Assembly (NCBI GenBank): GCA_003144275.1
Contig: NJBF01000021.1
Coordinates: 40,724 to 72,723, forward strand
Source of the DNA: Candidatus Heimdallarchaeota archaeon B3_Heim
Lineage (GTDB): Archaea; Asgardarchaeota; Heimdallarchaeia; Hodarchaeales; Hodarchaeaceae
DNA length: 32,000 bases
Direction: 5' to 3'
Position numbers and translations under genes: made by a program. The notes below the pieces were generated by a model, which did no database searches, was not told the origin of the DNA, and worked only from the letters and a program-made list of their open reading frames with translations. The stretch's first letter is position 1, and the number at the start of each line of letters is the position of its first letter. Below, in pieces: positions 7,662-17,482 of the stretch.

Positions 7662-10136
7662 ATGGTACAGCTCAAATTTTTGCTCCGTTGGTCGTTCCGA
7701 GACTTAAGGGAACGAAAATTCCAGGTACTTGCGCTCTCAATAATCATTGGATTGGGAACGGGCGCCTATGTGGGTTTAAGCAGTACAACTCCTTGGAGAC
7801 AGTACGCATTTGACCAAAGTAATGAAAAACTGCATATGTTCGATCTTAAGATGGAGTTAGCATTTGGAAGTTGGGTTAATCAAACTCGACTTAGATCGGC
7901 TTTGAATAGTTTACCTCATGCTAATTGGATAGAGGCCATGGAGCTAAGAGTAGTTTTTCCGATTTCCGTCAATGCTTCAACTGAGAATAAAACGATTCTA
8001 GTGAATGGTAGAATTATTGGAATAAATGTTACTTCAGGGTCAGAAAATTTAGAGGTAAATGGAATAGAAGTAGTTGATGGAAGAAATATCAACTCTTCTG
8101 AAAATAATGCCTCAGTTTGTATTATTGAATATAACTTTGCTCAATATTATAATCTTCAACCTAAGGACCAAAATATTGTCATACCGGGTGGAATGAATCT
8201 TTCCTTTATCGGTAGTGGTCTCAGCCCCGAATATTTTATGGTAATAGAAGGTAATGCCGTCAAAGCCGAGGCAGTCTTTTGTGCATTATTCGTACCAATG
8301 GAAACAGCTCAAAGAATTTTGTACCAACAGGTTGGGTTACCCTTGGGTCATGTTAATGAAGCTATCTTCCTTATGTCGTCAGAAGCCGATTTCAATATCA
8401 TTGAAACAGAAATTTCGGAAGCATTTGAGAATGATTTTCCTACAATTGATGTTAAATTTACTGAAAAAGACGAATATCCAGCATATCGTATCCAGAAAGA
8501 AGATATCCCTACGGATCAACAAATGTATTTCATAATTTCTTTTCTAATTCTTTTAGCAGCTGCTTTTGGTACATTTAATCTTGTTTCAAGAGTTATTAAT
8601 TCTCATAGGCGTCAAATTGGAATAAATATGGCTCTTGGTGTACCTCCTTCACAATTGGCTATTCGTTATTTGATATTTTCTCTTGAAATCGCAATTGGGG
8701 GGGTATTTTTTGGCTTATTTCTTTCCCAATTTCTGGGTGAAAGACTTGGTTCAGTATTAGCAGAATTAATTCCTTTCCCTGTGTGGAAGGAATGGTTAGT
8801 GGTTGATTTATTTTTGCAGGGAGCGATTCTCGGTATACTAATTCCATTTTCTGCGACAGTTATTCCAATTTGGAGAGCAACAAGAGTTCGACCTATTCAA
8901 GCAATACAAACCAGTTACACACTTTCCACAGGTAAAGGGGCAGCTCCTCTGCTTGAACGAATTCATTTCCCTGGTTCCATATTTCTACAACTTCCATTCC
9001 GAAATTTTGCTAGAAATCCTCGTAGGACATTTTCCACTGTAATGGGAGTTGCCCTTTCACTCTCAGTTCTTATCGCAATTCTCTCTCTTCTTGATGGTGG
9101 TACTTATCTTCTTGACCGTGAGCAAGCTATTATGGAGGGAAATTCACCAAATAGATTGCATGTTGGTTTAAACGATTTTTATAATACTTCAACAGAAACC
9201 GTTACAAATATGACTCAGAATAAAAAGGTGGAAAAAGCTGTGCCCGCCATTGAAATTCCTGGTACAATCATTGGGCCTAAGGATTCATTTTCACTGAGTA
9301 TCCACTTCTTTGACCTTAGAAATGAGATTTGGACTCCAGAATTAAGTGAAGGGACTGTAGAAACAACGTCATCCCAACCAGGTATTATATTATCCAAAAA
9401 AACTGCAGATGATCTTGATGTTACTGTAGGTGACACTCTCACTCTTGAACATTTATTCCGTGAAACCTCATATCAATACTCAATGATGAATACAACGGTC
9501 GAAATAATAGGGGTCTATGGAAGTCAAGTACGATTTTGGGCGTTCATGGATCTAACGGATGATAATATATTGAATTGTACAGGACTTATCAACTCCCTAA
9601 TCTTACTCCCTAAACAGGGTGTATCAATTGAATCAATTAAAGTGGACTTGTTCGAAATTCCCGGTTATAGTGGAGTGCAAACCATAATCAGACTTGTGGA
9701 GACTTACGAAGAATTGATTGAATTATTCACATCAATTTTAACTGTAATTCAATATGCAGTCATGGCACTCGCTTTATTAATGGCATTTAATACTGCAACT
9801 ATCAATTTTGATGAACGACTACGCGAATTTGCTACAATGGGTGCTTTTGGAACACCGATTAGGACATCAATCTGGATGATGATGGTAGAGAGTATTATTA
9901 TTGGTGTATTCGGAACGTTATTTGGTTTTTATCCTTTAGGATTGATCGTAATGGAGATTTTCCAAATCCAAATTCGGACTTCAATGCCAGAAGTAAATCT
10001 TGCTGGATTTCTCTTTCCTGATAGTATCGCGATCATTCTCTTTATCGGGGTAGTACTTGTCGCATTAACACCTCTTCTTTCTATTCGTAAATTGGCTAAG
10101 ATGGATCTTCCGTCAGCTCTTAGGGTGATTGAGTAG
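7662..10136 (+). CDS. ABC transporter permease, FtsX/MacB-like duplicated architecture
   Basis: Two repeats of TM + large extracytoplasmic domain + 3 TM. Motifs RRQIGINMALG, RNFARNPRRT, ERLREFATMGAFG. The likely start is ATG 7662 behind GGTGA (the track gives TTG 7638). Confidence 0.88.
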   Translation: MVQLKFLLRWSFRDLRERKFQVLALSIIIGLGTGAYVGLSSTTPWRQYAFDQSNEKLHMFDLKMELAFGSWVNQTRLRSALNSLPHANWIEAMELRVVFPISVNASTENKTILVNGRIIGINVTSGSENLEVNGIEVVDGRNINSSENNASVCIIEYNFAQYYNLQPKDQNIVIPGGMNLSFIGSGLSPEYFMVIEGNAVKAEAVFCALFVPMETAQRILYQQVGLPLGHVNEAIFLMSSEADFNIIETEISEAFENDFPTIDVKFTEKDEYPAYRIQKEDIPTDQQMYFIISFLILLAAAFGTFNLVSRVINSHRRQIGINMALGVPPSQLAIRYLIFSLEIAIGGVFFGLFLSQFLGERLGSVLAELIPFPVWKEWLVVDLFLQGAILGILIPFSATVIPIWRATRVRPIQAIQTSYTLSTGKGAAPLLERIHFPGSIFLQLPFRNFARNPRRTFSTVMGVALSLSVLIAILSLLDGGTYLLDREQAIMEGNSPNRLHVGLNDFYNTSTETVTNMTQNKKVEKAVPAIEIPGTIIGPKDSFSLSIHFFDLRNEIWTPELSEGTVETTSSQPGIILSKKTADDLDVTVGDTLTLEHLFRETSYQYSMMNTTVEIIGVYGSQVRFWAFMDLTDDNILNCTGLINSLILLPKQGVSIESIKVDLFEIPGYSGVQTIIRLVETYEELIELFTSILTVIQYAVMALALLMAFNTATINFDERLREFATMGAFGTPIRTSIWMMMVESIIIGVFGTLFGFYPLGLIVMEIFQIQIRTSMPEVNLAGFLFPDSIAIILFIGVVLVALTPLLSIRKLAKMDLPSALRVIE

Positions 10137-10330
10137 TAAATAAATTCTTGAGGCAATTTTTAGTAATATTAGGGAAATATCAGGATCCAATTAGTCTCTA
10201 TATTGGAAAAGAATAACTCTCAAATATCGTTTAACCTGTATGAAAAATCAAAATACTAAAATACTAAAAATTTAGATTCACACAGGATTCTCGAATAATA
10301 GACGTTTCTGTAAATTCTGGAAGTAAAAAT

Positions 10331-10849
10331 ATGAGTTTTCTTCGTCGACGTAAATCGAAGGTAAAAACCATCCGTAGTGATTCAAAACTTGATCTTCAAA
10401 AAGGAATGGAGGCTAGTAGGGAAGAACGAGGCAAACTTGGAGAAACTCGCCCTCTATCTAGAGAGCGCCCTCAATTAAGTTTGGAGGAAAAGATCACACG
10501 TCTTGAAGAGAGATTAAACACTGCAGAAACTCGAAGTAGTCCCCCTCAACATATTTCTGTCATAAGGAATCTTGCTAAAGGATACACCAAGCTTGGGAGT
10601 AAAGAAGATGCAGCTTATTATGCAAAAGCAGAAAATCTTTACAAACAATTTTCGGTATTGTACCCATTACACATGGAAAAAATTGATTGGCTTGCGTGGA
10701 TTGAGGCAAGTGCAAAAGCAAGACTTATTCGAGAAGCAAGAATTCTTTTAGCTGAAGCTCGTCTTCTTTTCCCTGGTGATGTCCAATTCGATGAGGTCGA
10801 AACAAAAGTTCTTCACATTGATCATGGTAAAGCTGACGAAAGTACCTAA
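10331..10849 (+). CDS. Hypothetical protein (basic N-terminus, short coiled coil, helical/TPR-like C-terminus)
   Basis: 172-aa ORF filling the gap between two genes. No family recognised. Confidence 0.65.
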   Translation: MSFLRRRKSKVKTIRSDSKLDLQKGMEASREERGKLGETRPLSRERPQLSLEEKITRLEERLNTAETRSSPPQHISVIRNLAKGYTKLGSKEDAAYYAKAENLYKQFSVLYPLHMEKIDWLAWIEASAKARLIREARILLAEARLLFPGDVQFDEVETKVLHIDHGKADEST

Positions 10850-10880
10850 CTCCCTTTGATTCCTCATATCTACTTCTTAT

Positions 10881-12086
10881 TTATGCTAATGAGGAATTCT
10901 TGGATAAATTTTCTTTGTAGAACAGTATGCCAATTAAGAGCCCGAATAATGAAATACTACCCGCAAGGAGAAAATTAAATCTAATAATACCAGAAAAATC
11001 TGCCATATAAGCCCCAATTAATGTTCCTAATGCCTGGCCACTATATGTAACTGCCGAATATAACCCCATAGCTAATCCTCTTGTACCTGTATATGTGTTT
11101 TCAGATATAGCGACTGGTACAACAACGAAAAATGTACTATAGGCTGGAATGCTATATAAAGCCAACACAATGAAAGGATCAGTAGCAAAAATAAATGTTA
11201 AGGTAGGCAACACAAAGTAAATAATGAGACCAATTAAAATGACTCGCTTTTTAGCAAAACCGGCAGAAATTAACCTACCAACCAGAAAAGAAGCTCCCAT
11301 CCCGATTATCGTTGCTAGCGAATTCGCTACAGCGGCAAGATTTACAGGCTGATTAAGGTCTGACTCAATGAATATTGTGAAAAAACTTGTATATAATGCA
11401 ACCGATGTTTGTGTAAATAGTACTAATAATAGGAGAACAGCAATAGGTTTCAAAGCTTTTATAATAGAAACGGATTCAACATTAGATAGATCAGTTGTCA
11501 ATTTATTTGAATAATTCCTCGCTAATATTTTCTTTTCAGAATCTAATAGCAGAACACCACAAAAAGCGATAAGGGAAAATATTGCTGCGGTTAGGAATAA
11601 TGGACGAAAGTCATGGGTTTCACTATCTAATAAAATAGATGCTAATAAAGATCCCAAGAAAAATCCTAGGCTTGCCCACATTGCAAGACGTCCAAAAACA
11701 TTGCCTTGCTCAGATTGATTTGATTCTGTTCTGACTGATACATACCTATTATAAGCAGGGGCAAAAGCTGAAATCAGAACATTAAAACCAATATATGCAA
11801 GAAAGAAAATCCATGGAGTTGAAATATTGTAATAGACAATAAAAGAGGATACTTGCATAAGAAGTGCGAAGAAAATCAAATTTTTTGATCCAATGATATC
11901 ACTCAAACGGCCAAAAATAGCAGTAGAAAAAATAAAGGCAATATAAGGAATACTAATAATAAAACCTGCTCCAAGAAAATCCCCTCCCGATATATTATAG
12001 AAATACCAGCTAATAAAGGGCGTACTTAAAGCAACAGGAAAATGATAGAGAAGATAAACTGTTTCAGTCTTACTTATGAGACCCAT
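10881..12086 (-). CDS. Major facilitator superfamily transporter
   Basis: About 12 hydrophobic segments, with motif A GRLSDIIGSK and a second-half GRLIS. Confidence 0.9.
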   Translation of the reverse strand: MGLISKTETVYLLYHFPVALSTPFISWYFYNISGGDFLGAGFIISIPYIAFIFSTAIFGRLSDIIGSKNLIFFALLMQVSSFIVYYNISTPWIFFLAYIGFNVLISAFAPAYNRYVSVRTESNQSEQGNVFGRLAMWASLGFFLGSLLASILLDSETHDFRPLFLTAAIFSLIAFCGVLLLDSEKKILARNYSNKLTTDLSNVESVSIIKALKPIAVLLLLVLFTQTSVALYTSFFTIFIESDLNQPVNLAAVANSLATIIGMGASFLVGRLISAGFAKKRVILIGLIIYFVLPTLTFIFATDPFIVLALYSIPAYSTFFVVVPVAISENTYTGTRGLAMGLYSAVTYSGQALGTLIGAYMADFSGIIRFNFLLAGSISLFGLLIGILFYKENLSKNSSLA

Positions 12087-12293
12087 TCTAGAAAAACCAG
12101 TTTTGATTGCTTATTTACACTGTATAGAGGGAGGAAAAAAGAGAGTTTTTATGTCCGCTTATTCATTGTAAATATCATCATCCCCAATAACAAAAACAAT
12201 CCCCTCTGATTCTCTAGTTCCCCTTTCAGAGAGCTTATAAAATCGAATTTTACCCTAGTATTCAAACCTCTTGAAAAATGAAGGTATATAATA

Positions 12294-12623
12294 ATGACAT
12301 ATTGTGAAACCTGTGGAAAAGAAAATACTGATAACGCTAAATTTTGTAAGAGCTGTGGTGCTACCTTGCAACCCTCTGGTTCAGGAAGGCAATCCGCACA
12401 ATATTCACCCAATAAGCAGTCAATAGGCTTTGGAGAGCAGCGTACTGGAGAAAATCTTGTTTTGCGATGCACTCTTTGTGGTAGTCAAGATTTCGTTAAG
12501 TATAAGGGGAGGTTAGATTTTAAATGGGGTTTTACGAGCTTTAAAGTTGTGATGATGAGCTGTCGGCACTGTGGGCATATAGAGCTCTTTAACCGCGGAA
12601 GAAGTATCTTCGATTTTGATTAG
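12294..12623 (+). CDS. Small zinc-ribbon protein (N-terminal double CxxC ribbon plus a second CxxC..CxxC ribbon)
   Basis: CETCG..FCKSCG and CTLCG..CRHCGHIELF. Confidence 0.8.
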   Translation: MTYCETCGKENTDNAKFCKSCGATLQPSGSGRQSAQYSPNKQSIGFGEQRTGENLVLRCTLCGSQDFVKYKGRLDFKWGFTSFKVVMMSCRHCGHIELFNRGRSIFDFD

Positions 12624-12659
12624 GTCAATCACTCTGGATTTTTTTATGAGCATCGTACA

Positions 12660-13115
12660 GTGACGAAAACTTCACCTGTTGGTTCCTTAACTGAGCCTAA
12701 ACGTTTACCCGAGATTTTTATGAACCACAAAGTGAAATATCTCGCTACCGCAAATATTAGTTACCCCGTGGATTTTATGAATAAAATTTTAAGGGCAAAA
12801 CAGACTAATGGCCCTTCTTATATACAGATTTCAACTCCTTGTGTCCCAGCGTGGGGAATTGAGTCAGCTCAGATGATTAGAATTGCTAAAAAAGCTGTAA
12901 CAACTGGATATGATATTTTATATGAATTTATTGAGGATGAGGTTATTCTATCAAATCTCAGTAGACCTTATCTTGATAAATTAAAAAGAGATCCTCTAAT
13001 TGAATATCTTAAACCCCAAAAGCGATTTTCACAAATAATAGATAACCCTCAAGCACTAACTGAATTAGATGAGAAAATCGATAAGCACTGGGAGAGATTA
13101 AGTATTATTCGGTAG
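12660..13115 (+). pseudogene. C-terminal half of a 2-oxoacid:ferredoxin oxidoreductase beta subunit (PorB-like fragment)
   Basis: TSPVG, YLATANISYPVDF..K, GPSYIQISTPCVPAWG and ..YL..Q.RF resemble the PorB C-terminus. The N-terminal Cys/GDG TPP-binding half is absent and there is no porA nearby. Confidence 0.55.
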
Positions 13116-13134
13116 TGTAAAACTAATGGAAAAT

Positions 13135-14100
13135 TTATTTCCACACTTTTCGGAAGACTCGTTCAAAATTCCCACCCATGATTCTTTGAATATCCTTTTT
13201 ACTAAAGCCTTCTTTTTCAAGTAAAGGTTCTAAATTTTTCATTTTTCTGGCATCCTCCAACCCTAGAGGAGTTGTTGCAATACCATCAAAATCAGAGCCT
13301 AAACCAACATGCTCTGTTCCGATTAGATCTGTTATGTATTTGATATGTTTAATCACATCATCTATCGAAGTTTTTTCGGGAGTTGGAGATAGAAATTTCG
13401 GATAAAAATTCACTCCAACAACTCCATCTGCTGAAGCAATCATTTCTAATTGGTCATCAGTCAAATTTCTGGATATAGGACATACAGAATGAGCATTAGA
13501 GTGAGAATCAATGAAAGGGCCATCTGTAAATTGCATTACATCCATATACCCTTCGTAATTTAAATGTGCTACATCGATTAACATCCCCAGATTATTCATA
13601 TCCTCTAATAGCTGAATCCCATCTTTAGATAATCCCCGACCAGTTTTTTTCTCTGTAAAGCTGACTCCTTCTCCAAATAAGTTTTGTCTACTCCATGTAA
13701 TACCTATATTCCTTACTCCTAATTCATGTATCAACGGTAATATTTTAAGGTTTCTTTCTACTGCTATGGCTCCTTCTATGCTTAGAACCATTCCTGTAGT
13801 AGAGTTTTTATTCTGAGAAACGTAATCAAGATCTTTAGATGATTTAACTATGATAAAATTCTCATTTAATGCCTTTTCTTTTGCTATTTGAATCATCTCA
13901 AGTGTAACTTCAAGTCCAATTTTCTCAAGCTTCGGAGGAACAAACATTGCAAAAACCTGAACATTAACCTTTCCTTCTTCTAAAAACGCTTTTGTTATGT
14001 GCATTGGATCTTTCTCTTGAGATGAAAATCTCATAAGTGATCCGAAATACAATTTCAGTAGGGTATCAGCATGGGCATCAATTACTAAATTCTCTGTCAT
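13135..14100 (-). CDS. Membrane (renal) dipeptidase family M19 metallopeptidase
   Basis: IDAHAD, SIEG, TWS, IDVAH, SHSN, RNLTDDQL, HVGLGSDFDG, MGGNF.RV. Confidence 0.93.
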   Translation of the reverse strand: MTENLVIDAHADTLLKLYFGSLMRFSSQEKDPMHITKAFLEEGKVNVQVFAMFVPPKLEKIGLEVTLEMIQIAKEKALNENFIIVKSSKDLDYVSQNKNSTTGMVLSIEGAIAVERNLKILPLIHELGVRNIGITWSRQNLFGEGVSFTEKKTGRGLSKDGIQLLEDMNNLGMLIDVAHLNYEGYMDVMQFTDGPFIDSHSNAHSVCPISRNLTDDQLEMIASADGVVGVNFYPKFLSPTPEKTSIDDVIKHIKYITDLIGTEHVGLGSDFDGIATTPLGLEDARKMKNLEPLLEKEGFSKKDIQRIMGGNFERVFRKVWK

Positions 14101-14104
14101 ATTT

Positions 14105-14884
14105 TCACATCAAAAAATCATCTAACTGTTTTGTTCTTACAACATTTGAAGGACGCTTAACTGTAGGGAAAATGTCTTGCCAAGGTATACTTACTGACGT
14201 TAGATTATGGATTTTTAGGTAAGAAAGAACTTTTTTTGGTATATGATTAGCTACCAGAATACCCCGAACCTTTTCCCCTTGGTTTAGGAAAAATTCGATA
14301 TACCGATGTAATTGATACGCATCATTTAATGTAGCGGCTTGTTTCTTCACTTCAATCACTACATAGTTATTATTTGAATCTTGGGCGTATAAATCAATAA
14401 ATCCAAAAGCGATTTCCTTTTCTCGCTCAATAATGGTAAGATCTGGTTCAATGAGGTCAGGATGGAGAATTAACTGATTTACAAAAGCTTTCTCATCACC
14501 ATAAGTATGACCGCCTTTCCGAACTTCATCACTGATCTCAAGAAAGGCAGCGAATAATATAGTGTAAAAAGTGATGAAAAACGATTCGTCTGTTTTAGGC
14601 CGATAAGATTCCATAATTAGGGTCTTTTTCTCACTATTGTGAGTGAAAACAATCTTGCCTGCTTTAGCTTTTTGCCACTGAACAGGACGGGTTCCGGTTG
14701 CATTATGAAGCAAAATACTTCCATCTTTCTTGATTAGAAGAGTTCGATCTCCTTTTTCAAGTGTGGACTTAATACGACCATCAAAAATTGAGTCACAAAT
14801 CCCCACAAGAATGATAGTATCTTTAGTAAGGTGAGAAGGAAGGATTTCAGCAAGCTTGGATAGTTCTTTTGGAAGTATATCCAA
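14105..14884 (-). CDS. nucS: Endonuclease NucS/EndoMS (mismatch-specific)
   Basis: GDRTLLIKKDGSILLH...PVQWQ, GFIDLYAQD..VVIEVK, QL.RY, RGILVA. TTG start. Confidence 0.88.
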   Translation of the reverse strand: MDILPKELSKLAEILPSHLTKDTIILVGICDSIFDGRIKSTLEKGDRTLLIKKDGSILLHNATGTRPVQWQKAKAGKIVFTHNSEKKTLIMESYRPKTDESFFITFYTILFAAFLEISDEVRKGGHTYGDEKAFVNQLILHPDLIEPDLTIIEREKEIAFGFIDLYAQDSNNNYVVIEVKKQAATLNDAYQLHRYIEFFLNQGEKVRGILVANHIPKKVLSYLKIHNLTSVSIPWQDIFPTVKRPSNVVRTKQLDDFLM

Positions 14885-14927
14885 TTATAACCCTCAATGG
14901 TTTGTCTTCAGTAAAATTTAGCTAATA

Positions 14928-15386
14928 TTAGTCTAATTCTGCGAGTACGTCTTCAAGTAGACTTTTTGAGATATTTTCTTCTACTGTTTGAGCAATTCGC
15001 AGTAGATTGATCTGATCACTTATTTCTGTGGTATAGCGATTAATTCCCTTTTTCACCTTCTGAACATTGGCATTCTGGGAAATAACTCCAACTAAAATGC
15101 AATCTTCGCTGATCGATTGTAAAATAAGTTTGCCAACACTAAACTCAGAAAAAACAAAGTCCAGAGGTCCTAATTGTACTTCATTTCCTTGTTGTCTCAT
15201 TCCAATGAATAGTGCCATGGATAGAGCACCAATTCCTTCTAATTCTAGTATTGAAGATGATCTCGTTACATTAGCTAACGTAAGCCCAGTTGAATCTGTA
15301 AGCATCGCATGTTGGAGTCCAGGAGTATTTTTAATGATTTTAACAAGAATATTGTGAATACTAAGTGAGATATCCATGAATTTCAC
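14928..15386 (-). CDS. Roadblock/LC7 domain protein with C-terminal helix
   Basis: helix-PGL..AML.DSTGL.LA-helix(GALS.ALF)-EF..G.LIL pattern typical of Roadblock/MglB. Confidence 0.8.
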   Translation of the reverse strand: MKFMDISLSIHNILVKIIKNTPGLQHAMLTDSTGLTLANVTRSSSILELEGIGALSMALFIGMRQQGNEVQLGPLDFVFSEFSVGKLILQSISEDCILVGVISQNANVQKVKKGINRYTTEISDQINLLRIAQTVEENISKSLLEDVLAELD

Positions 15387-15635
15387 CTGAAGGGTTTATT
15401 AGATGTCAAGAAGTACAATAAAAGATATTAGAAATTTCCTTATTAAATATTTGCCCATTTTTTACTCCCATAGAAGAAGAAGGAATTACTTCTCATGAAA
15501 ATTTTCTGTCAAGATTTTACACCATGAAAAATTCTTCCTGTTGAGATAAACTAGTATTCCATCAAAGAGGGAATACTGCCATATTTCTGGGTGAGATTTT
15601 TATTAATTTCGTAGCAAATCTCTTTTCTGATTAAA

Positions 15636-17480
15636 ATGTCCAATGGGTTTCATAATCGAATGGTTCGGATCAATCTTTCCACAAATCAAATAAAAACGGA
15701 AACTTTGCCAGTAAATGCCGTTAAGAATTTTATGGGTGGGAAAGGGCTAGGTGCATTCATTTTAACAAACGAGCTTGATTCAGGAATTGATCCTCTAGGA
15801 CCTGAAAATAAAATAATCGTTACCACGGGTCCACTCCAAGGATCAGTTGTACCTATTTGTGGACGTTATTGCATAGTGACAAAATCTCCTCTTACTGGAT
15901 TATTTTTAGATTCTCATGCTGGAGGATATATTGGTCCTGAGTTAAAATTTGCCGGTTGGGATGCAATTGTCATTGAAGGAGTAGCAAAGTCACCTTGTTT
16001 TCTCTCAATTATCGATGATGATATTCAACTCAAAGATGGGGAACATCTCAAAGGTTTAACAACTCTAGATAAAGAATTTGCCCTCAAAGAAGAGCTAGGA
16101 GAATCCAGGGCGAGAATAATGTCAATTGGGCCTGCAGGGGAAAATCTCGTTAAGTTTGCATGCGTTACAAGTGATAGTTTTAGAAATATTGGTCGAGGTG
16201 GGGTAGGAGCTGTGTTTGGCAGTAAAAACTTACTTGCTATTGCAATAAAAGGATCCAACAAAAATCTACCAGTTGCTAACGAAGAAAAATTAAAGCAATT
16301 AGCGAAGAATCTTCGTGAAAGAGCAGCAAAAGGAAGAGAGGTCGATCATTGGATTTATCAGGTTGGTACTCCTGCGTTGGTGAATTTTGCATCTCAAGGT
16401 GACCAGATACCCGTCAGAAATTTCCAGTTCGGGACTGTAGAGAATCCTGAAGAATTTGGACGAGAAGCCGTAGAAGCTCATAAAACTAGAAAAATCCCTT
16501 GTTATAAGTGTGTAATACAATGTGCTCATGTATTTAGTGATGATTATTCCTTTAAAGATCATAAATATCATATTGCTGCAGTTCCTGAGTACGAAACGTT
16601 AGGTTTGATTGGTACAAACTGTGATGTAAAATTTGAAACCGTTGTTGAAGCAAACTATCTCCTAAATAAGCTTGGTCTTGATTCAATAAGTGCAGGGAGT
16701 GTTTGTGCTTTTTTCATGGAATGTTCGGAAAAAGGACTAGTACCAACCGAATATACAGAAGAAAAGATCATGTTTGGTGATGAAAAGGGACTTCTGTCAT
16801 TAATCCATAAGATTGCGTATCGTGAGGGTGTAGGTGAGCTATTAGCTGAAGGAACCAGGAAAACTGCAGAAGTATTCGGCCATGATTCCCATAAATTTGC
16901 TATAAATGTCAAAGGATTAGATATGGCTGCGTGGGATCCAAGAGGAAAGTTAGCTTTGGGTTTGAGTTACGCTACGGCAGCTGTAGGTGCTTCCCACCTA
17001 CGTGGATGGCCTTCAACGTCCAAATTACCCAAAGATGAAGAAGTTTCACCTGAGATAGTCCGAACGCTGATTGAGAGTACTGACCTAAAGCTAGTTAAGG
17101 ATTCACTTATTATCTGCCACTTTACTCATTCCATTATACCTGCACTTGATATTAAAGATACTCAAGCACTTTATGAGGCTGTTACTGGCTCTTCTACTAA
17201 TGTTGTAGAGATTGCACAAAATATTTGGAGTTTAACGCGGTATTTCAACATGCGTGAGTTTATGATTCATAAAAATCCCGCAGGTGTTTATGATACACTC
17301 CCCCACCGAATTTTAAATGAACCCCTTCCAACAGGAAGTGCTGCAGGATCAAAAGCGTTCATTTCGAAAGAAGATTTCCAGCAAGGATTAAAATATTTAT
17401 ATGATATGAGACGTTGTAAAGATGATGGGGATCTCACTGATATTGAAGTTACGAGAATCAAGAATCTTGTTGGAATTTAA
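15636..17480 (+). CDS. aor: Aldehyde:ferredoxin oxidoreductase (tungsten-type)
   Basis: GGKGLG, KSPLTG, LKFAGWD, IGPAGENLV, GRGGVGAVFGSKNL, CYKCVIQC, PEYET, GLDSISAG, DPRG, HLRG, DSLIICHF. Confidence 0.95.
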   Translation: MSNGFHNRMVRINLSTNQIKTETLPVNAVKNFMGGKGLGAFILTNELDSGIDPLGPENKIIVTTGPLQGSVVPICGRYCIVTKSPLTGLFLDSHAGGYIGPELKFAGWDAIVIEGVAKSPCFLSIIDDDIQLKDGEHLKGLTTLDKEFALKEELGESRARIMSIGPAGENLVKFACVTSDSFRNIGRGGVGAVFGSKNLLAIAIKGSNKNLPVANEEKLKQLAKNLRERAAKGREVDHWIYQVGTPALVNFASQGDQIPVRNFQFGTVENPEEFGREAVEAHKTRKIPCYKCVIQCAHVFSDDYSFKDHKYHIAAVPEYETLGLIGTNCDVKFETVVEANYLLNKLGLDSISAGSVCAFFMECSEKGLVPTEYTEEKIMFGDEKGLLSLIHKIAYREGVGELLAEGTRKTAEVFGHDSHKFAINVKGLDMAAWDPRGKLALGLSYATAAVGASHLRGWPSTSKLPKDEEVSPEIVRTLIESTDLKLVKDSLIICHFTHSIIPALDIKDTQALYEAVTGSSTNVVEIAQNIWSLTRYFNMREFMIHKNPAGVYDTLPHRILNEPLPTGSAAGSKAFISKEDFQQGLKYLYDMRRCKDDGDLTDIEVTRIKNLVGI

Positions 17481-17482
17481 TT

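Noticed and set aside
10250-10270. Short tandem repeat AAAATACT x2.5
   Set aside because: Too short and AT-rich to be meaningful. Not a CRISPR or iteron array.
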